This document shows, one piece after another, positions 1 to 8,730 of a stretch of DNA of 39,962 nucleotides. The DNA comes from Ktedonobacteraceae bacterium (GTDB lineage: Bacteria; Chloroflexota; Ktedonobacteria; Ktedonobacterales; Ktedonobacteraceae): assembly GCA_039937055.1 (NCBI GenBank), contig JBDTHH010000662.1:1-39962 (forward strand). Reading direction: 5' to 3'. How positions within the stretch are numbered: the first letter of the stretch is position 1; every line of letters starts with the position of its first letter. The notes under the pieces were generated by a model. The model ran no database searches. It saw only the letters and a list, made by a program, of their open reading frames with translations, and was not told where the DNA came from. A program made the position numbers and the translations under genes.

Positions 1-889
1 CGAGGCCCAGAATTTCGCAGGCGCCGCGCACCTCGGCATGCACGGGAATAGCCTGCTCGTCAAGCGCAACTGAAACCTCCGACCCCAGGGCCATCTCGTT
101 GAGTGAAGTCGCGACCCCGCCGCGCGTTGGGTCTTTCAGACAATGGATGCCAGCGCCTGCCGCTTCCAGCAGAGCGGCGACCAGCGTGTGGAGCGGCGCG
201 CTATCGCTTTGAATGTCCGTTTCGATTTCAAGCGCCTCGCGTGCCAGCATAATAGCGATACCGTGATCTCCCACCGGCCCGCTCAATAACACCCGGTCTC
301 CCGGCTGCAAGCAGGTCTGTCCGATCGCTAAGGGCGCGCGAATAATCCCAATCCCTGCCGTGTTGATGAACATGCCATCAGCTTTGCCGCGCTGGACGAC
401 CTTCGTATCGCCTGTCACAATGGCCACACCCGCGGCCGCCGCCGCGCTGGCCATCGAGGCGACGATGGTGCGCAGGTCAGCAATGGGAAAGCCTTCCTCC
501 AGGATAAAGCCCGCCGAGAGGTATAAAGGTACAGCCCCGGACATGGCAAGGTCGTTGATCGTGCCATGCACGGCCAGTTTTCCGATATCTCCCCCTGGGA
601 AGAAAAGTGGGCTGACAACGTAGGTGTCGGTCGTGAAGGCCATCCGCTGGTCCGTTCCCTCAATGGCGAAGGTGGCGGCATCATCCATGGGATCGAGCAT
701 GGGATTGGAGAAAGCTGGCGCGATAACCCCCTCGATGAGATTGTGCGTAGATTTTCCGCCGCTGCCATGGCTGAGGGTAATCTTTTCATCGCGCAAATAG
801 AATTTATGGCGGCGCGCCTGTTTACTGCGCTCGATCTTCTTCAGGATGTCATCCAAGCGTGTCGCGTCACCTGTTACAAACGTATCCAT
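1..889 (-). CDS. hypE: Hydrogenase maturation protein HypE (carbamoyl dehydratase, PurM-like), 3' end truncated by the window edge
   Basis: Open-ended ORF with no stop before the edge, so it is absent from the ORF track. Translation from the ATG at 889: MDTFVTGDATRLDDILKK..EKITLSHGSGGKSTHNLIE..FTTDTYVVSPLFFPGGDIGKLAVHGTINDLAMSGA..IVTGDTKVV..GPVGDHGIAIM..LKDPTRGGVATSLNE, which are classic HypE motifs. SD aaggaagg lies 5 nt upstream, and the gene starts 21 nt after the hypD stop. Confidence 0.93.
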   Translation of the reverse strand, partial: MDTFVTGDATRLDDILKKIERSKQARRHKFYLRDEKITLSHGSGGKSTHNLIEGVIAPAFSNPMLDPMDDAATFAIEGTDQRMAFTTDTYVVSPLFFPGGDIGKLAVHGTINDLAMSGAVPLYLSAGFILEEGFPIADLRTIVASMASAAAAAGVAIVTGDTKVVQRGKADGMFINTAGIGIIRAPLAIGQTCLQPGDRVLLSGPVGDHGIAIMLAREALEIETDIQSDSAPLHTLVAALLEAAGAGIHCLKDPTRGGVATSLNEMALGSEVSVALDEQAIPVHAEVRGACEILGL

Positions 890-910
890 AGTACCTTCCT
901 TAGTGCATAT

Positions 911-2059
911 CTACGATCTGGCCATGGGTAGAATTGAGAGGCGTGTGCGCTCAGATGCCATAGAGAAGCGCCCGTAGTTGAAGTACGCGGCGCATGCGCC
1001 CTCCGGCGACACCATGCACGTGCCGATGGGTGTCTCAGGCGTGCAGGCAGTTCCGAAGACTTTGCACTCCCAGGGCTTAATGACGCCCTTGAGCACCTCG
1101 CCGCACTGGCAGGCCTTGGGGTCAGCCACACGCAGACCAGGCACCTGGAAGCGCGCCTCGGCATCCCAATCGACATACTCTGAACGCAGCTTCAAGGCGC
1201 TGTGCGTGATGAAGCCCAGGCCGCGCCACTCGAAGAACGGTCGGAGTTCCATGGTGGCAGCCATGGCCTGAAGCGCTTTCACATTGCCCTCCGCTCGCAC
1301 GACGCGCGCATACTGATTCTCGACCTCGGCGCGACCCTCGTCTAGCTGCTTCACCAGCATGTAGACCGATTGGATGATATCCAGCGGTTCGAAGCCGGCG
1401 ATCACCACGGGCTTGTGGTGGTCACGCGCCACAAAGTTGTAGGGACGCATGCCGATCACCATACTGACATGGCCGGCGCCGATGAAACCGTCCAGGCGCA
1501 GGTCGGGTGAGTCAAGAATGGCTTTCATGGCAGGAATGATCGTGACATGATTGCAGAAGACTGAGAAATTCTTGATCCCTTCGGCCTTTGCGCGCATGAG
1601 AGTGACGGCGGTCGAGGGAGCGGTGGTCTCAAAGCCGATGGCGAAGAAGACGACCTGGCGCTCGGGATGCTGGCGAGCAAGCTTGAGGGCATCGAGCGGC
1701 GAGTAGACGAAGCGCACATCAGCCCCGTCGGCTTTGGCATCCAGCAGGCTGCCTTTTGAGCCAGGCACGCGCATCATGTCGCCAAAGGTCGTGAAGATCA
1801 CGCCATCCAGACGCGCCATGGCGATGGCATCATCGATGAGGCCCATCGGCAAGACACAGACAGGGCAGCCCGGCCCATGCACCAGGTCGATGTTGGGCGG
1901 CAAGACATCCTCGATGCCATGCTTATAGATAGTATGCGTATGGCCCCCGCACACCTCCATAAACTTGAGAGGTCGGGAAGCTGAGAGTTTCGCAATTTCT
2001 TCACAGATGCGCTTTGCCAGTTCAGGATCGCGATACTCGTCAACATATTTCATGTCCAT
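911..2059 (-). CDS. hypD: Hydrogenase maturation Fe-S protein HypD
   Basis: Track ORF 911..2101. I moved the start to MDMKYVDEYRDPELAK (ATG at 2059, SD aggaga upstream), giving 382 aa. Motifs: VCGGHTHTI, GPGCPVCV, and the C-terminal Cys cluster ..CQCGEVL..CKVFGTAC..PEGACAAYF. Confidence 0.95.
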   Translation of the reverse strand: MDMKYVDEYRDPELAKRICEEIAKLSASRPLKFMEVCGGHTHTIYKHGIEDVLPPNIDLVHGPGCPVCVLPMGLIDDAIAMARLDGVIFTTFGDMMRVPGSKGSLLDAKADGADVRFVYSPLDALKLARQHPERQVVFFAIGFETTAPSTAVTLMRAKAEGIKNFSVFCNHVTIIPAMKAILDSPDLRLDGFIGAGHVSMVIGMRPYNFVARDHHKPVVIAGFEPLDIIQSVYMLVKQLDEGRAEVENQYARVVRAEGNVKALQAMAATMELRPFFEWRGLGFITHSALKLRSEYVDWDAEARFQVPGLRVADPKACQCGEVLKGVIKPWECKVFGTACTPETPIGTCMVSPEGACAAYFNYGRFSMASERTRLSILPMARS

Positions 2060-2121
2060 GGAACTTCTCCTTCTGGTCCTTGCTTTAAAACTACCGGGCA
2101 CGCAGCGTTGTAACTGTCCAT

Positions 2122-2799
2122 CTAAGATGTGGACCTCAATACTGCCTGAATTACCTCAAGAAGCGCATGATAGGCTGTTGCGTGCGCCTCCTGGATGCGC
2201 GGGATGTGGTCGCTGGGCGAGGTGATGCAATAGTCTACTGCCGGCGAGCGCGCGGTTTTTCCACCGTCATAACCAGCCAGCCCGATGGTCAGCAACCCCT
2301 GCTTCTTTGCCTGTTCAAGCGCTACCAGGACGTTGGTCGAATTGCCGCTGGTTGAAATACCCACGGCGATATCGCCCCGGCGCCCGAAGGCAATCATCTG
2401 TCGCGCATAGATATTGTCAAACCCGACATCGTTGGCGACGGCCGTGACGACCGCGATGTCGTTGGTAAGGGCGATGGCAGGCAGAGGCGTCCAGTCGGGA
2501 AAAGGCGGAGTCAGCAGGTCGGCCACCAGATCCTGGGCGTCAGTCGTACTTCCGCCATTGCCGAAAGCCAGCAGCGTGGCTCCATGCGCGAAGGCGAGCG
2601 CCATGGCGCGGCCAGCAGCAATGATGGACTCCAGGGAATATGCGAGCGTTGCGCGCCGCAGGGCTATCACCTCTCGACACTTCTCAAGCGTCGAGTGTTG
2701 CACCTGGGCCTGCACGTCCTCTATGCTGGACTTGCCTCCCTCAAAGAGATAGGGATAAAAGAGCCGGTCGTACTCTGACCCTTCGCTATCAGGCATCAT
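2122..2799 (-). CDS. SIS-domain protein (GmhA/DiaA-like sugar-phosphate isomerase fold), paralogue 2, embedded in the hyp cluster
   Basis: 225 aa with LLAFGNGGSTTDAQD, GISTSGNSTNV and GLAGYDGGK, the typical GmhA-type SIS motifs. The start overlaps the preceding gene by 11 nt. Confidence 0.85.
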   Translation of the reverse strand: MMPDSEGSEYDRLFYPYLFEGGKSSIEDVQAQVQHSTLEKCREVIALRRATLAYSLESIIAAGRAMALAFAHGATLLAFGNGGSTTDAQDLVADLLTPPFPDWTPLPAIALTNDIAVVTAVANDVGFDNIYARQMIAFGRRGDIAVGISTSGNSTNVLVALEQAKKQGLLTIGLAGYDGGKTARSPAVDYCITSPSDHIPRIQEAHATAYHALLEVIQAVLRSTS

Positions 2800-3076
2800 G
2801 CGCCTCGCCTACTCGTGAAATAGCCACGCCGCCATGCACCAGCAACATATCTCCCGCGCCAACATCGTCTACCAGCGAAATATCAACTTCTTCCAGCGCA
2901 TTGCTGATCGTCACAAAGGCGACCCCCAATTGTTGATCGACGCGCAGCACGCGAGCCTCTAATGCCTCGTCGGAACAGGTGATGCAATGTCCCTCTGTAT
3001 CAAGTTCGCAACTGGCGCTATTGTTGGAAGTTCCAAACTCTGTCAGCTCAATAGATGGCCTTTGCTCGTTGCTCAT
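2789..3076 (-). CDS. HypC/HupF-family-like hydrogenase assembly chaperone with an internal CxxC and no N-terminal Met-Cys
   Basis: 95 aa. ..GHCITCSDEALEARVLRVD..VDISLVDDVGAGDMLLVHGGVAI resembles the HypC/HupF OB-fold core. ATGA start/stop overlap with the upstream SIS gene indicates translational coupling. Confidence 0.72.
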   Translation of the reverse strand: MSNEQRPSIELTEFGTSNNSASCELDTEGHCITCSDEALEARVLRVDQQLGVAFVTISNALEEVDISLVDDVGAGDMLLVHGGVAISRVGEAHDA

Positions 3077-3684
3077 GTGAGTAATCCCTCATGTTCGAAG
3101 TAGATATGCACCAGCTCCCATAAAATGTGGTAAAGCGTCTCATGGGTCTCCTGGATGACCATTGGATCGCTGGTCTGCACAACGAAACAGTAATCGGCCT
3201 CGCTCTCTTTCAGCAACCCACCATTTCCTCCTGTGAGACCCAAAGTCAGTAAACCCATGTGCTTTGCTGTTTCCAGAGCTGCCACCACGTTCGGGCTGTT
3301 GCCATCCAGCGAGAAGCCCATGGCGATATCCTGCGGTCGGGCCAGCACCTTGAGCTGACGCACATAGGGCGTTTCAGCGTAGCCCTCATTTTGACTGCTG
3401 AGCGCGGCGCTATCGTTCGTCAACGCCAGGGCGGGGAGCGCTCGCTTGCCAACGATCACTGGATGCACAAACTCGACGGAAACGTGTTGCGCATCGGTTG
3501 CCAGCGCGCCATTGCCGAAGGCTAGCAAACGTCCTCCCTGGTGGAAGCGACGCGCCATGGCCCAGCAACACGCGGCTATGCGTTCCGCCTCTGCCGCAAA
3601 GAATATCTCAGGGACAGCCATACTTTGTGCAAAGCGCGCTGTCACGAGCGCCTTCAGTTGCGGCACATCCATCTCAGTTGGCAT
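3073..3684 (-). CDS. SIS-domain protein (GmhA/DiaA-like), paralogue 1
   Basis: Track ORF 3073..3687 starts at TTG. The ATG at 3684 sits 7 nt after SD aaggagg, giving 203 aa. Motifs: LLAFGNGALATDAQH, GFSLDGNSPNV, GLTGGNGG. Confidence 0.85.
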   Translation of the reverse strand: MPTEMDVPQLKALVTARFAQSMAVPEIFFAAEAERIAACCWAMARRFHQGGRLLAFGNGALATDAQHVSVEFVHPVIVGKRALPALALTNDSAALSSQNEGYAETPYVRQLKVLARPQDIAMGFSLDGNSPNVVAALETAKHMGLLTLGLTGGNGGLLKESEADYCFVVQTSDPMVIQETHETLYHILWELVHIYFEHEGLLT

Positions 3685-3744
3685 CAACCTGCCTCCTTGT
3701 CATGACCATATACTCCTGTTTCATCAAGCTTCATTGGGCAGAGT

Positions 3745-3860
3745 GACGGATGCGGCAAGCCGGGTCCCTACGCGAGAGGGGAAGCGTCCGTCACTCAATC
3801 TGGACGGATGCGGCAAGCCGGGTCCCTACGCGAGAGGGGAAGCGTCTGTTACTCAATTTG
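3745..3860. repeat. Two tandem copies of a 58-bp unit (55/58 identical); the second copy contains the last 4 codons and stop of hypC
   Basis: Unit 1 (3745..3802): gacggatgcggcaagccgggtccctacgcgagaggggaagcgtccgtcactcaatctg. Unit 2 (3803..3860) has the same head with the tail gcgtctgttactcaatttg. Each unit has an imperfect ~10-bp inverted repeat (tgacggatgc / gcgtccgtca). The repeat fills most of the 164-nt hypC-to-SIS gap. Confidence 0.9.
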
Positions 3861-4121
3861 ACTGGTGTGCAGCATATCGATTTCGTCGGTATACGCCTCT
3901 CCCATGAGCAGGAGGGCCTTCATGGTCTCGCGCGCCTCATGCTCGTCAATTTTACTCATGGCAAAGCCTACGTGGATCAAGACCCAATCTCCCGGCTCAA
4001 TGCCTTCTGGACGCACAAGGGCGATGCTCACGTTGCGTCTCACGCCGGAAACATTCACTTTGGCGATGGAATTGGCATCGTCCACGATATCTATAATCTG
4101 ACCCGGAATACCAAGGCACAT
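3849..4121 (-). CDS. hypC: Hydrogenase maturation chaperone HypC
   Basis: Track ORF 3849..4166. I moved the start to the canonical MCLGIPGQIIDIV (ATG at 4121, SD aaggaggg 6 nt upstream), giving 90 aa. Confidence 0.93.
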   Translation of the reverse strand: MCLGIPGQIIDIVDDANSIAKVNVSGVRRNVSIALVRPEGIEPGDWVLIHVGFAMSKIDEHEARETMKALLLMGEAYTDEIDMLHTSQIE

Positions 4122-4168
4122 GTGACCCTCCTTTTCAGGAACTATGGTGGACGCGATCAAGCGCATCC

Positions 4169-6526
4169 CTACATCTGTTGCAACCGGGTAGCCGCTACCG
4201 CAAGCTGGCCCAGGCTGATGCCGCCGTCGTTTGGCGGCACCTGTCGATTGATATATACCTGAAAATCCATCGCCTCCAGGCGGGCGATCAGCATTTCAAG
4301 CAACAGGCTGTTCTGAAATACGCCGCCGCTCAGGGCGACACGATTCAAGCCGGTCCCTTCGCGTACCTCGGAAGTTATCTCCGCCAGTATGCTGGCAAGC
4401 GAGCGATGGAAGCGCCTGGCAATCTGTGGCGCTGGTACTCCTCGCTGGATATCGCTGACGATGGCGCGTATCATAGGGGCGACATCCAATAGGGCAGGTG
4501 TTTGAGCACCAATGATCCATGGATATGCCTCCCTGCTAGCAGCGCTATGCGCATCCTGGCGGTCGCCAGGTGCGGATCGCGCCAGTATCTCAAGCTCGAT
4601 GGCGGCCTGGCCCTCGTAGATGACTTCGCTGCGCAGACCTAGCAGCGCGGCCACGGCGTCAAACAACCTTCCCAGGCTGGAAGTCGCTGGACTATTAAGG
4701 CCGCGCGCGATCATCCGCGAAAGTGTGCGCCACTTTGATCGATCTAACTGCTGTACGAACGGGATCGCGAGATCAAGAAAAGCCTCGCCGTAGGCGCGGT
4801 CGAGGTACGCCGCGGCTACGCGCCAGGGTTGCTGGATAGCCTGGGCACCACCAGGTAGCGGGATGTATGCCAGGTGCGCCAGGCGTGCAAAACCTGCCAG
4901 GTCCGCCGACATAATTTCGCAGCCCCAGATCGCGCCGTCGCTTCCAAAGCCGGTGCCATCGGCGGCCACGCCGATGACCGGCCCGCTCAAGCCGTGCTCG
5001 ACCAACACGCTGGCAATGTGGGCATGATGATGCTGGACAGCGATTTTGCGCGGGATGTCTGAATCGAGCGCGTATTTTGTCGCCAGGTATTCGGGGTGCA
5101 GATCATACGCGATAGCCTGCGGGAAGATAGCGAAGAGACGCTGGAAATGCGCAATCCCCTCCCGAAACGCGAGCAGCGTCTCCACATTCTCTAAGTCACC
5201 GATGTGCTGGCTGACAAACGCCTGTCTTCCCTTGCCCAGGCAAAAGGTGTTCTTGAAGTGGGCTCCGCAGGCAAGCAATGGCACGGGCAGCTCCGCAGTG
5301 AGCAACAGCGGCTCCGGCGCGTAGCCGCGCGAACGGCGGAGAAATTGCGCGCTACCAGCCACAATACGCATCACGCTATCATCGCAGCGCATGTGAATGT
5401 CGCGATTATGCGTGAGCATCCCGTCGGCGATGGCCGCCAGCCGTGTACGCGCATCTTCGTCATGGTAAGCAATCGGTTCATCGCTGACGTTGCCACTGGT
5501 CATGACCAGCGCGGCCGGTTTATCTGCTTCAACGCGAGAAGCAAAAGCGCGCAGGAGTAAGTAGTGCAACGGCGTGTATGGCAGCATGATACCCAACGTG
5601 TTATAGGATGCAGCGACACCCTGTAATACCGGGCAGCCGGCACGCTGTTCCAGCAAAACAATTGGCCGGCGGTGCGATTGCAACAAGGCTTCCTCGGCAT
5701 CGCTCACCGCGCACAGCAGACGCGCAGTTGCCACATCAGGCACCATCAGCGCGAAGGGTTTGGCCTCGCGCCGCTTGCGTACACGTAATTGCTGGACGGC
5801 CTCCACGTTCAATGCGTCGCATGCCAGGTGATAGCCACCCAGACCTTTAATAGCGAGAATGGCACCCGCTGCGAGCTGTTGGGCCGCCTCGTCTATGGCA
5901 TCAGCAGAGTACTGAGAAGAGGAGGAGGACCAAGCGAGCAGGCGAACCTGCGGCCCACAAAGCTGGCAAGCGTTCGGCTGGGCATGAAAACGCCGGTTGA
6001 GCGGATCGCCATACTCCTCCTGGCAGGCCGGACACATGGGAAAAACGTGCATGGTGGTTTTTTCACGATCATAAGGAATATCCTGTACGATGGTGAATCG
6101 TGGACCACAATTGGTACAGTTGATGAACGGATAGTGATAGCGGCGGTTGGCGGGATCGAACAACTCACGCAGGCAGTCGTCACAGGTTGCGCTATCGGGC
6201 GAGATAAGGGCCTGACGTTCAGGGCCTTTCTGACTGTGTACGATACTGAAGCTGTCCTCATGAGAGAGGGGTATGAGTTCTGTCACAACAGCATCGACGC
6301 GCGCCAGAGGAGGGAGCTGCTGGCTCAGAGCGAGCTGGAAGCCAGCGAGTGCTTCGACACTGCCCTCGACCTCAATGGTGACGCCCTGGCTATCGTTGAA
6401 CACAAAGCCGACCAGGTTCCAGCGCAAGGCCTGGCCGTAGACGAAGGGCCGGAAGCCTACGCCCTGGACAATGCCCTGAACGAGGATGCGTCGTCGCTGA
6501 ATTGTCGAATCCACTACCGATGACAT
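4169..6526 (-). CDS. hypF: Carbamoyltransferase HypF
   Basis: Track ORF 4169..6592. I moved the start to MSSVVDSTIQRRRILVQG (ATG at 6526, SD aaagga, 10 nt after the hypB stop), giving 785 aa. Evidence: acylphosphatase motif VQGVGFRPFVY; two Zn-finger pairs CDDC..CTNCGPRF and CPAC..CQLCGP; and YrdC-like plus Kae1-like C-terminal regions. Confidence 0.96.
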   Translation of the reverse strand: MSSVVDSTIQRRRILVQGIVQGVGFRPFVYGQALRWNLVGFVFNDSQGVTIEVEGSVEALAGFQLALSQQLPPLARVDAVVTELIPLSHEDSFSIVHSQKGPERQALISPDSATCDDCLRELFDPANRRYHYPFINCTNCGPRFTIVQDIPYDREKTTMHVFPMCPACQEEYGDPLNRRFHAQPNACQLCGPQVRLLAWSSSSSQYSADAIDEAAQQLAAGAILAIKGLGGYHLACDALNVEAVQQLRVRKRREAKPFALMVPDVATARLLCAVSDAEEALLQSHRRPIVLLEQRAGCPVLQGVAASYNTLGIMLPYTPLHYLLLRAFASRVEADKPAALVMTSGNVSDEPIAYHDEDARTRLAAIADGMLTHNRDIHMRCDDSVMRIVAGSAQFLRRSRGYAPEPLLLTAELPVPLLACGAHFKNTFCLGKGRQAFVSQHIGDLENVETLLAFREGIAHFQRLFAIFPQAIAYDLHPEYLATKYALDSDIPRKIAVQHHHAHIASVLVEHGLSGPVIGVAADGTGFGSDGAIWGCEIMSADLAGFARLAHLAYIPLPGGAQAIQQPWRVAAAYLDRAYGEAFLDLAIPFVQQLDRSKWRTLSRMIARGLNSPATSSLGRLFDAVAALLGLRSEVIYEGQAAIELEILARSAPGDRQDAHSAASREAYPWIIGAQTPALLDVAPMIRAIVSDIQRGVPAPQIARRFHRSLASILAEITSEVREGTGLNRVALSGGVFQNSLLLEMLIARLEAMDFQVYINRQVPPNDGGISLGQLAVAATRLQQM

Positions 6527-6536
6527 GCATGTTCCT

Positions 6537-7211
6537 TTAGTGTCGTGCCGCCCTGACAGATTGCGCGTGACGCAAGGTGACGAGCCAGGCACACCAGGCG
6601 TCGAGGCCCTCTCCTGTGCGACAGCTCACTTCGAAGATACGCAGGCGAGGATTGATCGCCAGCGCCTGCCGTCTGACCTTCTGCACATCGTAGTCAACAT
6701 AAGGCAGCAGGTCGATCTTGTTCACGACCATCACCTCCGCTACCGCAAACATCTGTGGGTACTTGCCTGGTTTATCGTCGCCTTCGCTTGTGCTCACAAC
6801 CACGACGCGCGTATCCTCCCCCAGATCCCATGCCGCCGGACAGACCAGGTTGCCAATGTTTTCGATCACCAGCAGGTCGAGGCTCGCCAGTTCAATCTGT
6901 GCGAGCGCGTCGCGGACCATATGCGCTTCAAGATGGCAGGCTCCGCGTGTATTGATCTGCACCGTCTGAGCGCCTGCCGCCTCGATCCGTTCCGCGTCGG
7001 CGCTTGTCTCCACGTCTCCTTCGATCACTCCGATAGCCAGCCGCCCGCGCAGCCGCTCAATCGTGCGTTCGAGCAGGGTTGTCTTACCCGCACCCGGTGA
7101 ACTCATGATATTGAGCACACAGATACCCTTTCCTGAAAGATCTCCCTGTATCTCGCGGGCAATGGTATCATTGGCCGCCAGGATATTTTGCGCAATGGTG
7201 ACTTTAACCAA
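6537..7211 (-). CDS. hypB: Nickel-inserting GTPase HypB
   Basis: 224 aa, TTG start preceded by gaggaggagg. P-loop MSSPGAGKTTLLE, ENIGNLVCP, NKIDL. No His-rich N-terminal tract. Confidence 0.93.
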   Translation of the reverse strand: MVKVTIAQNILAANDTIAREIQGDLSGKGICVLNIMSSPGAGKTTLLERTIERLRGRLAIGVIEGDVETSADAERIEAAGAQTVQINTRGACHLEAHMVRDALAQIELASLDLLVIENIGNLVCPAAWDLGEDTRVVVVSTSEGDDKPGKYPQMFAVAEVMVVNKIDLLPYVDYDVQKVRRQALAINPRLRIFEVSCRTGEGLDAWCAWLVTLRHAQSVRAARH

Positions 7212-7234
7212 TGGTATACCTCCTCCTCGCCTCG

Positions 7235-7585
7235 TTATGCAGATTCAATCTCCATCTCGATGATCTGGAGTTCGGTGCCAGCAATGACCTCGCTCGACCA
7301 TTCCTGACAGGTCGGGCACTGGACAATGAAGTTCATGACGGCGAACTCTTTGCCGCAGTGACGACAATAGGCGCGGTGCGGCACAGCGTCTATCAACAAC
7401 TGGGCGCCTGCCAGCACTGGATCGAGGCTGACCAGCATCTCGAAACAGAAGGTCAACGAAGCGCCGGCAATGCCGCTGGCCTCGCCAATCTTGAGCCGTA
7501 CGCCTTTCACGCACGTCGCGTTGCACGCGGTGGCCTTCTCCTCCACAGCATCGACGATACTCTGAGCAATAGCGAGTTCGTGCAT
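7235..7585 (-). CDS. hypA: Nickel metallochaperone HypA
   Basis: N-terminal MHELAIAQSIV (MHE Ni site) and the Zn site CRHCG..CPTCQ. The track ORF begins two codons earlier at a TTG (7591), so the start is ambiguous between TTG 7591 and ATG 7585. Confidence 0.9.
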   Translation of the reverse strand: MHELAIAQSIVDAVEEKATACNATCVKGVRLKIGEASGIAGASLTFCFEMLVSLDPVLAGAQLLIDAVPHRAYCRHCGKEFAVMNFIVQCPTCQEWSSEVIAGTELQIIEMEIESA

Positions 7586-7679
7586 GGCCAACCTCGTCTC
7601 CAGTTTTCACTACCTGTATGTGCTACAGCGAATGGATGCGCATAGAGCGCGGAATATGCAGAATATCATGTATGATCCG

Positions 7680-7784
7680 TTACATCGAACGCATCTTCAG
7701 GTAGCGCTGGATATCGGGAAGCGACTGCTGAAAAATCCAGGCACCTATGCCAATGGCAACGACTAAAAACAAGAGCTTGAACAT
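7680..7784 (-). CDS. 34-aa small single-pass membrane peptide MFKLLFLVVAIGIGAWIFQQSLPDIQRYLKMRSM (below the ORF-track cutoff)
   Basis: ATG with SD gaaaggaag 7 nt upstream, on the same strand as the operon, between the endopeptidase and hypA. It has a hydrophobic N-terminal helix followed by PDIxRYLKMRSM. From memory this resembles the small 'DUF6893-type' peptides annotated in actinobacterial hydrogenase loci; that identification is tentative. Confidence 0.6.
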   Translation of the reverse strand: MFKLLFLVVAIGIGAWIFQQSLPDIQRYLKMRSM

Positions 7785-7831
7785 GATAATCTTCCTTTCA
7801 CTAGACTGTATAGGCTACATCTTGACTGTGT

Positions 7832-8398
7832 TCACTTTTTCGCATGTTCCCCCGCGAGCATTTGCTCAACGAGCGAGTCAATCATCTTCACGGCCTCGTC
7901 GACGGCTGCCTGCACGGGTGCGCTTAATCCCATGTGCATCTCGGGGTAGTCCTCGCCAGCACTCAGGGGGACAGGCTCGCAGCCGACAAGCAGGGTATGG
8001 ATGGGTTTTGCGCCCAGGGCTCGGGCATACGCCAGAACCTTCACCGGGTCCATACTATGGTTATCCAGTGCCGCTCTACCAGCTTCTACGCCTGTCGCGG
8101 GGCTGATACCTGACAGATCTGGTTCAAGCAGGTAAAGCGTTCCCGGCGCGCCAGCGCGCGGCACTGCATCAACCAGCACGAGTTCGTCGTAGTCATCGAG
8201 TAAGGCGTAGGCCAGGTCCATGCCTCGAATACCAAAGTCGACAACGCGAATGCCTTCCGGGTATTGCCGGGCCAGGAGACGTTGGGCCACCTCGACTCCG
8301 AAGCCATCGTCACCCCAAAAGATATTGCCTATGCACGCAATCAGGGCCTGCCTGCTCTGGCGCTTCGTTGCTGATGCAGGCTGTACTACCTCTTCCAT
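7832..8398 (-). CDS. [NiFe]-hydrogenase maturation endopeptidase (HyaD/HupD/HybD family)
   Basis: 188 aa. ACIGNIFWGDDGFGVEVAQRL, VVDFGIRGMDLAY, LVLVDAV and DNHSMDP match the family's GDDG, Asp and His metal-ligand pattern. Confidence 0.9.
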   Translation of the reverse strand: MEEVVQPASATKRQSRQALIACIGNIFWGDDGFGVEVAQRLLARQYPEGIRVVDFGIRGMDLAYALLDDYDELVLVDAVPRAGAPGTLYLLEPDLSGISPATGVEAGRAALDNHSMDPVKVLAYARALGAKPIHTLLVGCEPVPLSAGEDYPEMHMGLSAPVQAAVDEAVKMIDSLVEQMLAGEHAKK

Positions 8399-8400
8399 AG

Positions 8401-8730
8401 CTAGCCTTCTCCGCCTGCCAGCGGCTCAACCTCTTCCGGGAAGAAAAAGAAATGATGACCCGGCAGGATACGGTCATCCAGCCGCATCTGCTCCATGGCC
8501 GGATCATCATCCGCCGTGACAACCAGGTAGATGCGATCCTCGAAATCCTGGTGGATGACCTCGATGGTTGCCGTCTTCCCATCAAGAATCAAGTCGAAAG
8601 CGTCAGCGCGGCCCTTTTTGGGATGCAGGAGTACCCGATCGCCAGCCCTTACCTCTCTGCCAGCGATAGTCACAGATTCTGGTGGGGGGTAATCCTCGCC
8701 TGGGAAGTTCCAGCCTTCACGACGCATCAT
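8401..8730 (-). CDS. Conserved hypothetical protein (109 aa) of the hydrogenase accessory block
   Basis: ATGA overlap with the upstream gene and a stop 2 nt before the endopeptidase start. No motif I can name (..GHHFFFFPEEVEPL). Confidence 0.7.
   Translation of the reverse strand: MMRREGWNFPGEDYPPPESVTIAGREVRAGDRVLLHPKKGRADAFDLILDGKTATIEVIHQDFEDRIYLVVTADDDPAMEQMRLDDRILPGHHFFFFPEEVEPLAGGEG

Noticed and set aside
3745-3860. The 58-bp repeats as a CRISPR array
   Set aside because: There are only two directly abutting units with no spacers, the units overlap the hypC 3' end, and there are no cas genes.
4169-6592. Long N-terminal extensions of the track ORFs for hypF (807 aa), hypD (396 aa), hypC (105 aa) and the DUF1801 protein (179 aa)
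   Set aside because: The extensions overlap upstream genes or lack an SD. Internal starts give the canonical family N-termini (MSSVV.., MDMKYVDEY.., MCLGIPGQI.., MNPSER..), each preceded by a good SD.
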